DNA of 64,000 nucleotides, from the NCBI GenBank assembly GCA_050273025.1, contig CP158635.1, positions 21,886,001-21,950,000 of the forward strand, given 5' to 3'. Below are positions 1 to 12,083 of this stretch, piece after piece. Under the pieces are notes generated by a model, which saw only the letters and a program-made list of their open reading frames with translations, ran no database searches and had not been told where the DNA came from. The position numbers and the translations under genes are program-made. The DNA is from Cenococcum geophilum (taxonomy: Eukaryota). How positions within the stretch are numbered: position 1 is the first letter of the stretch; every line of letters begins with the position of its first letter.

Positions 1-509
1 TAGAAACAGCTAAGGTAGTATAGCAAAGAATAAAAAAGTACTATAATGCTAAGAGATCTAAGGGACTAGATCTTAAGGAGGGAGATAAAGTATAGCTACT
101 ATACAAAAATTTCAAAAGTTAACGACTAAGTAAGAAGTTAGACCACGTTAGACTAGGACCTTTTAAAATTATATAGAGGATTTCACCGGTTACATTTAAG
201 TTAAACCTACTAGCTAAAATAAAGATCTACCCTATATAGTATATTGCGATACTAGAGCCAGTATATAGGAATATTAAGCTACTAGTTTACGAGGCAGATA
301 TATATAGAGGATAGGAAGAAGATAAATAGCAAGTTTTAAAGATTATTAGTTATAAGGACATCGACAATAAAATATAGTATAAGGTTAAGTAGATAGGCTA
401 TAATAAGACTACCTAGGAACCACTAGAGAATTTAAAAAATACTATAGGAAAGGTATAGGAGTATCGGAAGAAAATAGGTCAGGTAACATTAATAAAGAAG
501 GATTATTAA

Positions 510-1093
510 AGAATAAATTACCTAAGGGGGACCTAGGAAGAGCGACTGCCGAACTACTTAGAGTTATTCCCCTCACCATAGGAGGAGAGTTAGTTCTCTT
601 ATTACCCAGTTCCTGTAGACCTTATTTTATAAGTTTCTACTCCTTAAAATAAACCTTCTTACGTACTTTCTTAAGACAAAGTAGACGAGTAGACGCCGTA
701 ATGCGAGTATCCAGAGCCTTTTATTCCGCATCCTAAGAACACTTAAGTTTAGTAAGGGCCTATACCAGGTTACTATTAAGCTTTATAGTAGCAGATTAAA
801 CATAAAACCCTATAATAAATTACTTAGGGAACTTAAAGACTATTAAGAGTTATAGGACGCGCATACTTAGCGTTAGAGGTAGAGCGAATATCGCAAGACA
901 ATTAAATGTTTGCTTTAGTGCACTCTAAATAAGAGGAGGGTTACTGAGATAAAGGACTCGCTAGCGTAATATACACTAGCCCTTCTTTTAAGCAACGAGA
1001 ATACGGAGATGGCATTATTTTACTAAGCGATAGTATTATAGCAATAGTATAAGCACAACGTTGCGCGTATAAAGAAGAAGAAGCTTTAGGCAT
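510..1093 (-). pseudogene. RIP-inactivated antisense ORF of the Gypsy element, Zn2Cys6-like motif plus coiled coil
   Basis: ATG at 1093 (MPKASSS...). Cx2Cx6Cx13Cx2Cx8C spacing with three Cys retained (tgc) and three as tat (RIP of tgt). GTATGC donor follows. 3' end approximate. Confidence 0.6.
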
Positions 1094-1201
1094 TATAAGT
1101 AATAATATCAACTAAATTAATTAGACGGATATTACACCTCTAGTAAATAACTTAGAGATACTAGGTATCTTTAAGGACAAAGATAAAAAGGAGGGAGATG
1201 G

Positions 1202-1627
1202 TGTTATAGACGCTTTAAGTACAATATTACGACTACTTAGAGAAGAGTTAGAAGAAGCTAGTTAGTTAATATAAGCACGGTCTAGGATAGAACCTGTAGA
1301 ACTATATAACAAAGAATAGTAGCTAAAGTTATATAAGGTGCTACGTAAGGAATATAAGGAATAAAGGGAACTTATATACCTTACGTATAACACGTATATT
1401 ACGTATAAGAAGGATTTTATAGGAGTACGGTTATATATTTAAGGACCCTTAGTTCCTACCTAGATAGTTCCTTCCTTATAGTAATTCTTAGAATATAATT
1501 AGAGTTAATCTATTGGGCAACCACTCCACCAGTTATTATTACGTTGTTAACTACTATCTTTGCATTTCTTACACACCTAGCCTATTGACAGAACCCATTA
1601 TAGTTCCTGCTACAAGGTTCCGTTACA
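1202..1627 (+). repeat. LTR (~426 bp), same family as LTRs 27954-28378 and 35480-35904
   Basis: Begins tgttata, ends cgttaca; aligns in reverse complement to the other two copies. Confidence 0.9.
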
Positions 1628-3800
1628 CTAAGGCTACTATTATAGCCTGTAATATAGCAGACTTTAACAGTATAAAGGCGATTATAGTAGTCTTTAATAA
1701 GGACCGGCCGCTGTGGGGTATAGTTTATATAGCTAGTGTATAGGACAACGGCGTCCTTACCGCCTTAACCCTATAGCGATACGCCACGGCCTTCACGCCT
1801 AAGGTAAACGGTACCTAGCATCTACACTAGCTAACCTATGACATAGATATAGACTTAGATATGTTTGTTATGTTTTTCTCTATCTCTAGCATTATAGGCA
1901 TGCTGGGTTATAGTAACTACGCTATTACTAATACGTTTCTTAATGCGCTTACGTACCTACGCTATACCTAGGGCCTACCTATTACCTTATTAGTATACGG
2001 CACCTAAAAGGGCAAGGGTATAGCGGCTAGGATTATTGGAACAACCCTTACCTACCTTACTTACCTTAGCCTTAATATACTCTTGCTAGAAGAGGGCCTA
2101 TAGCTGTTTAAGATGGCTATATACGGTAGTTATACCCTTACTATAGCCGCAGCTTTAAATCCTAAACGCCTCTAGAGCTACTATAAGGAGTAAGGTAGCG
2201 TACTGCCTTTATTCTACTTACTACTACGCTAAAGCGGTAGATAGGTCCACTAAAGCTAGGATTTATATAAGGTGCTAAGTAAAGCGGCCCCTAAGCAGCA
2301 CCCTAATATTATACTAGGTATAGTCTAAAAAACTATAGCTAAGGCATTAGGCTTTATACTACTAAATAATATTAATATTAATCGCCCCTTATAGGACATT
2401 AGAATTAACTTATTAACTATAGTTTTAATATATAACTAGCTAGCTAACCTAACTAGCCTAATACTAGCCGTAAGCGTCGCGTTATAGTACCTAAACCTTA
2501 AGGCCTTTAGCCAAATCCTACTTTTTAAGCTATAAGAGGATAAGTCTAATTCTTTATATAATAGCAGCACTCCCCCTACTAAGTTAGTATTTAAGCCGCC
2601 TTAGCTTAATATAGCTGCTATTAAGAAGGGCTATCTAGACGCTAACTTTAGGTTTAATAACGCCCCCTATACTACTGTACCTCCCTACTCTATCTTTGTT
2701 ATAGGTACTATAGGCTTTATTAGCGCCTTTATTATATATAAGCTGCTTAAGCTAGGTATTACTACCTATTACTTAGTACGTGCTAATAGTGTTAATTAAG
2801 CTATATAGTGTTTATTAGATACGCTCGCTAGCTATAGCCTCTAAAAGTATAAATACACGTTACTACTCCATCCCATTATTAGCGATATATTATAGCCCCT
2901 TCTCGGCCTGTCCTAAGAAGCGTTTAAAAACTTAGTAAACTATATTAATACCATCTGCTATTTAGGCGCACTTATTAACTAAATACGCCCACTAGAAGAC
3001 TATATTAGCCCTAATATTATAAGTGCTTATAAGATTTTGCGCCTGGCCTTATATAGCCGTAGTAAGTTAGTATATTTTATCTCTACTATATCTACGCTAC
3101 CTAAGTATATAGGTTATAAGGTTATAGAGAAAGACTAGGAGTATAGCTATGCTACCTTAAAATATATAGCGGAGCGCATAGTAGCAGCGGTACGTTAGCG
3201 CGGCTTTAGGGCATCTATTTACCGCTTACCCTTTATTACCGCCTTATCCGCTACTAGTTACTTCCGTTTTAACTATACTAACTTTTTACACAACCTTATC
3301 TCCGGATATCTAGAAATGGGCACCTTTTTATTATTAGACGCTAATATATTAGCCATACTGCCTATTAATTACCTATATAAGACTATCGTTGCCGTAATAA
3401 CCTAAGATGTGCATTAAATTAGCCGGGACTATAACTTTATAAATGCGTGTGCACTAAGCTTTAACCACTACTTTAAGCTAATAAGTGTTGCTAATATTAG
3501 GCAGGAGATTATATTATTTTCCATATAGTGGAAACGGGCATTAGCCTATGCTGCTACACTTATCTTAAGTCCACTGGCTTATATTGCTGCTTTACTTAAC
3601 AGTGTTACTAATAACTAAAAAGCGGCTGCTATAGTTACGGGCTCGCCTATTAGAGAATATGTGTTTAGGAATAATAATTACCCTATTTTACTAATTAATA
3701 AGCAGTCTATGCGATAGTATATTAGTTAGATTAATATAGCACGGGTGAAAGAATGTACTATTGACGTAGTTGCGATATCTGTTATTGACCTATTTACCCT
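1628..3800 (+). pseudogene. RIP-destroyed C-terminal part of a PKS or NRPS-PKS hybrid: KR - ACP - terminal reductase (R) domain
   Basis: De-RIP reading gives KR 'RPL.GVVH.AGV.DDGVLTALT...PKVDGAWHLH.LT..DLD.FVMFSS...NYA.AN.FLDAL', ACP '..LQDIG.DSLT.V..RNQLA' (~2390-2450) and R domain 'SIFVTGATGF.GAF' (~2690). Many TAA/TAG stops. Cut at its 5' side by the LTR. Confidence 0.8.
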
Positions 3801-4111
3801 TAATAAGGGCTAACTGTTAAGTAAAATTAGTTGCTACTATGTAGCTTAATAGATATAAGTATATATAAAAGAATAGGTATTAGTAGGGATCCGTTTAGGC
3901 CCTTAGTAAGATACGATAAATGGCTTAAAACTTAAAATAGAAAGGGACTAAAATTAGCCAAGTTGGAGGCGCTAGTGATTAAAAGGTGGTAAATAGGGTT
4001 CTTAGTTAGCGCTCTGACGATATCCCTTAATTGGTTTAAGCTACGGGTTTTTAGACTTGCGGAGGATAGGGCCGGATAGGCCTCTTAGATAATAGACCTA
4101 TTAGCTAATAG

Positions 4112-4143
4112 TATCCGGAGACTATCCGGATAGTCTCCGGATA
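4112..4143. repeat. Perfect 32-bp palindrome
   Basis: tatccggagactatccggatagtctccggata equals its own reverse complement. Confidence 0.9.
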
Positions 4144-4339
4144 GTCTTAGTAAAATCCCCTTAATATACTTATACTTGTAATGCACCCCCTAATATTAAA
4201 TAAATAATTTTTCTATTGGCATAGATTTATAGAGCTTATAAAGCGCTTTAAAATGGTACTACTTTTATCTAAATATCCTAAGGATAAGTAATATTATATA
4301 GATATAAAGCTTATAAGAGCTCTGTAGATAGGGGAGCCC

Positions 4340-4626
4340 CATATAAAGCTTTACTAAAGCTTAGTAAAAGCTCTATACGAAGCTCTATATAAAGCTCTAC
4401 GGAGGCTTTACATAAAGCTCTATATATAAAGGCTCTGCACTAAGCGCTACACTAAGCTCTACGTATAGAGGCTCTGCGCGAAGCTCTACGGAGGCTCCGT
4501 ATAAAGCTCTATGGAGGCTCTATATAAAGCTCTGCGAAGCCTCTATATAAAGCTCTGTGGAGGCTCTATATAAAGCTCTGCGGAGGCTCTGTATAAAGCT
4601 CTATATAAAGCTCTATATAAAGCTCT
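4340..4626 (+). repeat. Degenerate minisatellite of ~12-13-bp units (agctctatataa / ggctctgcggag)
   Basis: About 20 consecutive gctct-cored units. Confidence 0.8.
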
Positions 4627-5531
4627 AGTAAATACCTTTAGTTTTCCTACTAATTAGATATTTCCTTTTTACCTTTTTATTTATACTTCTCTTTATATAA
4701 AATACTATAAAATAAAATAAAAATAGGAAAAAAGAGAGGAGACCTAGTAGTTTAAATTTAATAACTTTTATCTACTTCTTATTGTCCTCTAGTTCTATAA
4801 TCCAATCCTCGCCCTCTAGTGCTCCCGCTGCCGCCACTATAGGCTAAGAATTTATATCGTACGACGAACATCAAGCCCTATAATCCCGCCACTTATAATT
4901 TCCACAGCACCCACCACAGAACCCTGGGAGACTCCGACATTTAGTAAAGGGGCGAGGGCCTACTAGACGACGTAGAGTCGCTGTATAAGCCTTATAAGGC
5001 TAGTATTAATTAGCTCTCTGCCTTATACAAGTAATATAGGTTACTTATAGTTATATTTAGAGACCTACGGCTCTGAATTAGAATTGTATTTATATATAAG
5101 GGCCTCCTTGTCCGCACCTGCCTCTCCAATACACCCCCTACCTAAGCCTCTATATTAATTGCCGGTAAAGCTTCTACCCTCTCCTACTTATCCTAAGAGT
5201 AGTTAGTTATATAGGTATGTTATACGGAGAAGAGAGTTTACTTATAGTATGGCAATATTGCCGGAGAATCTCTTGTATAATAGGACGAGAAGTATACTAG
5301 ATAATTGTATTTCCCGATTCTTAATAAAGGATGACGTTAGTAGAATTTAAACTTATAATCTATTTAGTTTAAAGTTAGTATATATTTACCTACGTCACCT
5401 ATACGCCTTTAGTGGTTACCTTTTGCCTAAAAGTATTCTATTTATATATCCTACACCCTTTAGTGCTTAGTGTTGTATAATATATACCTTCCCTTATACG
5501 ACTCTCTAGCTACTATATAATAATAAAAACT

Positions 5532-6616
5532 ATAAAAATGTCTATTCAAAGCGAAGTCACGCCTTCCCTCCAAACAGTAACATCAATATCTATCATAATT
5601 AGCCTTTTGGCTTTTCGCTTTAAAATAAGGCTTATTTAATAGAGATTTTGTTGTTTATTCGTCTTATAGCCTTAATAATGCTGTGCCGTACGGCGTTGTG
5701 TTGTCGTCGCGATAAAACGTCTTACCCCTTAGAGGATCGCGAACGAGTTACGCGTCGCGTCTTTCCACAGCTGTTGATAAGTAGTCTTTCCTAACAATTT
5801 TTCCCACAGGGTTTTTTCAATAGGTTTTGAATTGACGCTTTCCAGCTTCCTCCTTACTACGTTGTTGTCGTTAATAGCCTTCGATATTACCTACCGAACG
5901 GTTTTTGATAATACTCTATGGGCGTAAAGAGACGACATATATTCCTACTCCTATATTAGTTATTGGGCGCAGGCCTTGTACCGCTAGGTTCGTCGTCGTT
6001 AACAGCCTTCGATATTACCTAGGTTCTAGGTTACCAAATAGTCTTTTAACGATACCCTACGGGCGCAAAAAAAAGACGAGATATATTCCTACTTCTATAT
6101 TAGTTATGGGGCAGGCCTTGTACCGCTAGCTTCTAACGGTACGCGTTATTTGGGGCAATAAGTGTATAATTATCTACCACTGCTTAAGATAGTAGGGAAC
6201 CTACTATGCGATACAGCAGGCTAAGATAATTACCCTCTCCTCGGGCCTACACCCCCAATTAATACATTATTTAGAATATATCTCTACCTCTGCGAGCAAG
6301 TAAATAGATAAAAATATCTATTTAAAGCGAAGTTACGCCTTCCCTCCGAACAGCAACATCAATATCTATCACAATCAGCCTTTCGGCTTTTCGCTTTCCC
6401 ACCCTCCACCCTATAGATAGATTTTGCAGCCTCTTAGGCTTGCGGTAGGCCCGAGGGGGGCAATGAGTGTGTAATTATCTACCACTGCTTAAGATAGTAG
6501 GGAACCTACTATGCAATACAGCAGGCTGAGATGATTACCCTCTCCTCGGGCCTACACCCCCAATCAATACATTATTCAGAATATATCTCTACCTCTGCGA
6601 GCAAGTGAATAGATAA
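5532..6616 (+). mobile_element. Non-autonomous element with Ngaro/DIRS-type split direct repeats (A1 - internal - B1 A2 - B2)
   Basis: A1 5532-5621 = A2 6308-6397; B1 ~6151-6311 = B2 ~6457-6616. ATAA occurs at both termini and at the B1/A2 junction. No RT or YR motifs seen. Confidence 0.75.
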
Positions 6617-7415
6617 GAGAATACTTAGAATCTTATAAGCTGCCTAGTCCTTTACGTACTCTAATAACTTAAGTATTTATAGAGTAGTTCTCGTACGATC
6701 CTATAGAACGCGACGTCGAGAACCTAAAAATACTCTCTTTGGCTTATCGCTTATTCCAGGTATTAAGAGAACTTCAATTGTAAGCTGTGAAAGTCATAAA
6801 AATCTCGTACGCTGAAGAGGCTGATTTCACCATTAAATAGCTGTTATACGGCTATTAAGCGGAATTAGATTCTCGTTAATATAGCTATTAAACTCATCTA
6901 GACTCTGTGGACGAGTATGCTTTAAATAATACTAAAGACGAGCCTTATAGAAGGTAGAGAGGTTTTCTTTAGACTCTAAAGGCGACCTTTAAGTTTTCTT
7001 AGTTGCGTACGATATAGTTAAACCTAAAAGTATTGCTTTCTCGCGGAATCTCTCCTAGAGCTTTCGTACGCTAAAGAGCTTCTTTTCTCCTTTAACGGTA
7101 ATATAATTATTCCAATCTTTTAAGAAAGCCGTATAACACTCTAGGTTAAGAACCCGTGCCACTAGATAGTAGGGAGAATTATCTAGCTTCTTAATATACT
7201 TTATAAGCTTTTTCTTAGTATATTAGAGTTAAGGAGCTATAAACTTATCCTTAGCCTTAGTAGCTATTACCTAGTAGGAAAAAATTAGCTAAAGAAACGT
7301 TAAGAGTATTATATAATATACTAATGCGGTCTATATTATATCCTTAAAAATATTAACTAATTGTAAGAGGCCAGCCTAACCGGAACGTATGATTATCTAA
7401 TCGACAGTGTCACCG

Positions 7416-7462
7416 GTAAGTAGAAGGTAAGTCGAAGGTAAGTCGAAGGTAAGTTGAAGGTA
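7416..7462 (+). repeat. 11-bp tandem repeat (gtaagtcgaag)x4
   Basis: Directly visible. Confidence 0.8.
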
Positions 7463-8227
7463 GAATAAGTTTCACGTATTGAAGGACAAATGCTTCTAAC
7501 CACTTCTATTCAGAGACTAATCGCTAGTTCTTCTCTAGAGGGGAACCAGCTTCCTATATGTTTCTTCCGAGACGCTAGTAAAACCTTTCGCCCCTAACCT
7601 GTCTGACTGTGTCTTCTGGAACATAGATGGGACATAGATGAAACCTCCTACCGTCTCATTGGATATGTACCTCTTGGGGGATTCCGTTACACTAATTCTA
7701 GAACCCTCTCTAGTGTTATATAATCTCCTTAAAGAAATAGAGTTACTTCGTAAAAAGATTAAAGGAAATTATAAATCGTACAAAGATGTATCCATTCGCT
7801 TATTAAGAGAATATTATCTTTTAAGAAATTGTCCTTATAGTACTCCACGTAGAGTTAAAGCCTAGCCTTTACCTTATCCTCTAGAGCTATACATAATATA
7901 AGAAACCAGCTATTTCACCTCGTACGATTATTAAGAGGAATTATTTTACTAGCACGTTTAATAAACTATGTCGTACGGTTAGCTGAGCTGCGGATATAAA
8001 CGATATGGTTATAAAGCTTTCCCATCGGCCCCATAATATTTCAAATATTTTTACCGAGCCAAGATGAGGTCAACGCCTGATGAGCCAACGGGCACTAAAT
8101 ACCCAAAGGCGCAATAAGTCTCGCACAAGCCAACTCCAGAACAGATACAGCGGCAGGGGAGAGTTAACTGCGCCATCTGCCATAACCCAAACCTACGCTC
8201 AAATAGGCACTCCAGCCACGGTACCAG

Positions 8228-9459
8228 ATGCCGCAACTACCATCAAATCTCAACAAAAGCATTTTTCCATTCCTCAAGCTCCCCGCTGAACTTAGGATCC
8301 TCGTATATGTTGAGTTACTGATCTCGGATGGTCGACTGGTGCCTACGTGGCGCGGGCCAAGGTGCTATTTGCAGCGAAAAAACATCTATCCAGCCATTCT
8401 CCGAACGTGTCAGTTGGTGCACCAGGAAGCAGCAGCAGTATTGTATGGAAAGAATGTGTTTGATTTCGGTGGGTCTGGGTCTACCTCTTTCCATTCGTGC
8501 TCTCGAAGTCTGGCATTCAAACCATTTCAACATTTCTTAATGAGAATAGCTGAATGGGAGATTGTGAAGCAAAATTAGTGTGTGAGGGCCTGGTGCTTTC
8601 CATTAGGATTTAAGGAGTATTTCGAGGCTCTACGAAGCCTCTCCGGTCTTCACACCGGGGCTCTTAAGATTCCAAAGACTCTCATCATGCCGAGAGACCC
8701 TCTTCCACCAATTCAGCTCCATAATTTCTAAACGGCGCAGCATCTTCTCTCCCCCTTCTCACCCCCCAAAAACATCTTAATTCCCCTCACACTTCCCCAT
8801 TAATATTTCAGAAACTTCCTTCAACAGTCTTTATGGCCCTCTCCAACATTTTGTACGCACCTACTAAACCATTCGTAGGGAACATACTCGATCTCCCCAA
8901 CTACGGAGCCTCCTTCGCCAAACACATCGGGCCATACCACGCCTCCCTCATCCGCATCCTTGTTGCCGAAGCCTCCGTCGCCAGCGAAGCGCTCCACTCT
9001 TGCGAAGATATATTCAGCATCGACAAATCCCGCATCTCCCCCTTCATCGCCCAAGCCACCCTTGCCGCCGAGGCTTCCCTAGCCGCCGAAACCTCCCTTA
9101 CTGCCGAAACACCCCTGTCACCCAGCACCACCTACATCAGCAAATCCCGTATTGCCGCAATCGTCGCTGCCTTCGGCATCGACTTCGCCCGGCTCCGCAT
9201 GCTAGCTATCCACCTGCAGCCGCGCAACGAGATGTATTTTGACCGGAAGGCGGCCAGGGCCATCGACGCTGCGGAGCAGTGGTTTAAGATGCGAGATGTG
9301 GAGATGGAAAGGGTGGTGGACGGAATTGTGGAAAGGGAGAAGGGGTGGTTGAGGAGGGCATGGTTTGCGGATGTGGAGGGGGTTTGCTTTGAGTGGGTGA
9401 CGTCATGGGTGTGGGCGAGGAGACCGTGGTTTCTGTATGAAGGGGATTGTGATGATTGA
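8228..9459 (+). CDS. Intron-containing fungal hypothetical protein with N-terminal F-box-like 'FPFLKLPAELR..VY' motif
   Basis: ORFs 8228-8578 and 8833-9459; likely donor GTGGGT at ~8469; 'PAILRTCQLVHQEAAAVLYGKNVF' is typical of this large fungal family. Exact exons uncertain. Confidence 0.65.
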
Positions 9460-9738
9460 GGGCAGCGGTGGGATTATACTATTTTTGAAGGTATCCGGAT
9501 ATATAGCAGAGCTGTCAGCATCAATGCTATTTTATTTTTAAGAATCATGATTAGGGCTTGCATATATCTTCTATACCCTTCCAGCCATCCTTCCTAGATC
9601 TAACGATGGGGAACAATAGGCGTTTGATGGGATTTCTAATATCCAGAACCTCTATCTTTAGCTTCTCTGAAGTGTTTCACTAGTCCGTCGCAAAACTGCA
9701 TTTTAATCAACCTTGATACCTTCCAACCCTTAGCGCTC

Positions 9739-11262
9739 TCACAACTTCGCCTTGCTCTTCCACTCCCTCTCTTGCAGTCCTAGCTCCCTTACATCCGCAC
9801 TCACCTTCCTCCCCTCCACCATCTCACTTAGGACCTTCCCAGTGCCCAAACTCAAACTAATCCCCCAAGGCCCATGCCCCGCCGCTACGAAGACTCCTCC
9901 AACACTCCCACTTCTAGCCCGCTCGCCTAGTCGAGCATCAGGTACGCGCGCAATAATCGGTATGCCCTTCGGTGTCACAGGCCGGAAGCAAAGCGCCTCT
10001 CTCACGACCTCAATTTCGTTCGACGCGAAGCTCAAACCGCAGAGATGCTCCGCCGTAGCCTTAAGCTGGTCGATGGATTCGGCATGCGGCTGCGCTTTGC
10101 CCTTTCCGGCGGCGGGGAGGGGCAGGATGGAGGAGTTGAGGCCAGCCAGGTAGATCGTGCCTGTGAAGGTATTAGTATCATCCATCGTACATCACTTCTA
10201 AGTGGCGAGGGGTGCGCGGGAAGATTGCAGGTTTGTGATGATGTGGTTTAGGAAAGGGGCACACACCATCTACCCTCGCAAACATCTCTGGGAAATAACC
10301 CGTTGGATCCGTCGAGAATACCGCTGCCGTCTCCTCGCCTTCTTGCGGCCGCTTCCAGGCTGAGGAGCGCATGAGGAGGGAGTGGCCTGCTAGCGATGTG
10401 ATGGGGAGTTTGACGTCTGAGGACGGGAAGAGGGTCGTGAAGACCTGCGGAGTCCATGCTCCCGATGTGATGACTAGGCGGGAGCAGGGGAGATCGGCTT
10501 CGGTGCCGTTGGCGTGGCGGATACGGATCCCGTGAATTTTGCCGCTGGAATTGCAGGAGACGGAGAGGGTGTGGGTGGAGGTGTGGAGATGGACGCCGCG
10601 GGAAAGGCATTCGGAGAGGAGGAAGTTAGATAAGCGTAGGGGATCTCCAGCGTATGAAGTTAGCACTCGGTACTTCACACGATGCAAATCTCTCCCATAT
10701 CGTCTAATCCCATCATCCCAACAGCTAGGAATGACAAAGAAAAGATTGAAATTTACACCTGCGCCGTCTCGTTCAGGCTACCCTTCCCACTCAGCACTCT
10801 CATCTCCCTCCCTCTTGCCCTCCTTAGCCATTCAGGCCCGCTCCTCTTCTTCCATCCTAACTCTGACTTCGCGGCCTCAGCCCTACTTACCCCCATCGCC
10901 AGCCAATCATCCGACATAAGCCAATCTTCCGGCCTCTCCTTCTCCGCGTCCTCATCCTCCACAAAGCTTACACTCCTAGCCTTACACCAGCCCCATTTCT
11001 CCCTCCCGCCCTCTTTCTGCGCGAGCTCCGTGTGGAGATCGAAACTTAGCTCTCCGAGTGCTCTCAGTGGAGCCGGGAACCAGGAGCGAGAGAGGAAGCC
11101 GGCGGCGAAGCCGGATGCGGAGGTGAATAGCGTTGGAGAGGGGTCTATGAGGTGGATGTTTTGACCCGGTTGAGAAGAAGAGCTGGATGAAGGAGAAGAG
11201 AGGTAATAGGCTGTCGAAACGCCGATGAGGCCGGCGCCGAGAATGATAGTTGGTTGTGACAT
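9739..11262 (-). CDS. FAD-dependent oxidoreductase, DAO family (Tda3-like), 3 exons
   Basis: N-terminal 'IILGAGLIGVSTAYYL', 'ASGFAAGFL', 'SGAWT' and C-terminal 'CFRP...AAGHGPWGISLSLGTGKVLSE' across three ORFs. Confidence 0.9.
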
Positions 11263-12083
11263 GTTAAGTAAAAATTGTTGTTAAGAAAATTAGTTTCAAG
11301 ATGAGGATTGAAAGTGTAATTAGAGAATGGAAGTCTGATTGAACATGTTAATGAGAATATTACTGGGGGAGTAAAGCTTCTCAGATAGTAGAGGAAGAGC
11401 TACAAGTTTGAGCGTTAGAAAAAGATAATTGAATGGCTTCTAGATATATATACAAGAGCCTACATTGATGAACGTTCTAAAGCCTTCTAATGTCTGAAGT
11501 TGACATCCGGTTATCCGAGGCTTAATGCAAGCGGGATCTTTTACGCCCTACGCCCTGTAAAGAATTGTTTTAGCGATGCAAATGAGGGGAATTTGCTGAG
11601 TCTGGTATAGTCTTGGCATACGGCTTTCCTTTTCGGGTTATATTTCCCTTCGCCGTTCAAGTACAACTGAAATTTCGACGTCCTAGTTGTACACCTCTGA
11701 AGATTGCTAAGCTCCTCGACATATTCCCCTCTGAAGTACTTCGGACACTTGCCTAAAACCCACATAACGTGGCAAGGACTAAAACTAATAGCCCCCTCGC
11801 AGGTACGCCTTTCTCGATGGCACACGAGATAGACACTGGAACTCGCTACAGAATGCCATGGCAGTTCCAAGGTTGAGGGAGCGGCTGGAGTCGGCATAAG
11901 AGAGTCGGAATAAGAGGGTCGGAGAACTCCTTTTTAAATTGAAAGGCTAGATATCCTTGTGCAATATTTTATCAATTTAGTGTTCGTGACAGCGAGGCCT
12001 TCTCGGTATTCGTCCCTGAGTGCTTCCTGGCAAAGTCACTTTTACCAAGCTCAAGACGGACTATGCCCCGCTCTGAGCTTCCA

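Larger units (their letters stand above)
1..1627 (+). mobile_element. 3' part of a RIP-degraded Ty3/Gypsy (chromovirus) LTR retrotransposon: integrase C-terminus, chromodomain, PPT, 3' LTR
   Basis: Reverse-complement match to 27954-29630. GPF-like integrase tail (ggaccttttaaa, ~156) and chromodomain-like Y.VK(W).GY..T(W)EP at ~375-425. Purine tract ending at 1201 precedes an LTR TG..CA at 1202-1627. Confidence 0.9.
4627..8030 (-). mobile_element. hAT DNA transposon relic (5'-truncated transposase plus 3' region), interrupted by a mini Ngaro-type element
   Basis: Minus-strand de-RIP motifs 'IPLDNRTRWNSW' (~7900-7945), 'YYLAARVLNP' (~7140-7175) and dimerisation-domain 'IPGMSDEPERVFSGSRRR' (~6700-6765). 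4627-5430 matches 59870-60675 of another hAT in inverted orientation. Termini not resolved. Confidence 0.7.

Noticed and set aside
4340..4626. Repeat array as a possible CRISPR
   Set aside because: Short degenerate tandem units with no unique spacers, eukaryotic context, no cas genes.
1..8050. Starship element boundary or captain gene
   Set aside because: No DUF3435-like ORF or terminal signature seen; the only YR in the window belongs to the Ngaro.
11541..11897. 118-aa intergenic ORF
   Set aside because: No recognisable domain or splice support.
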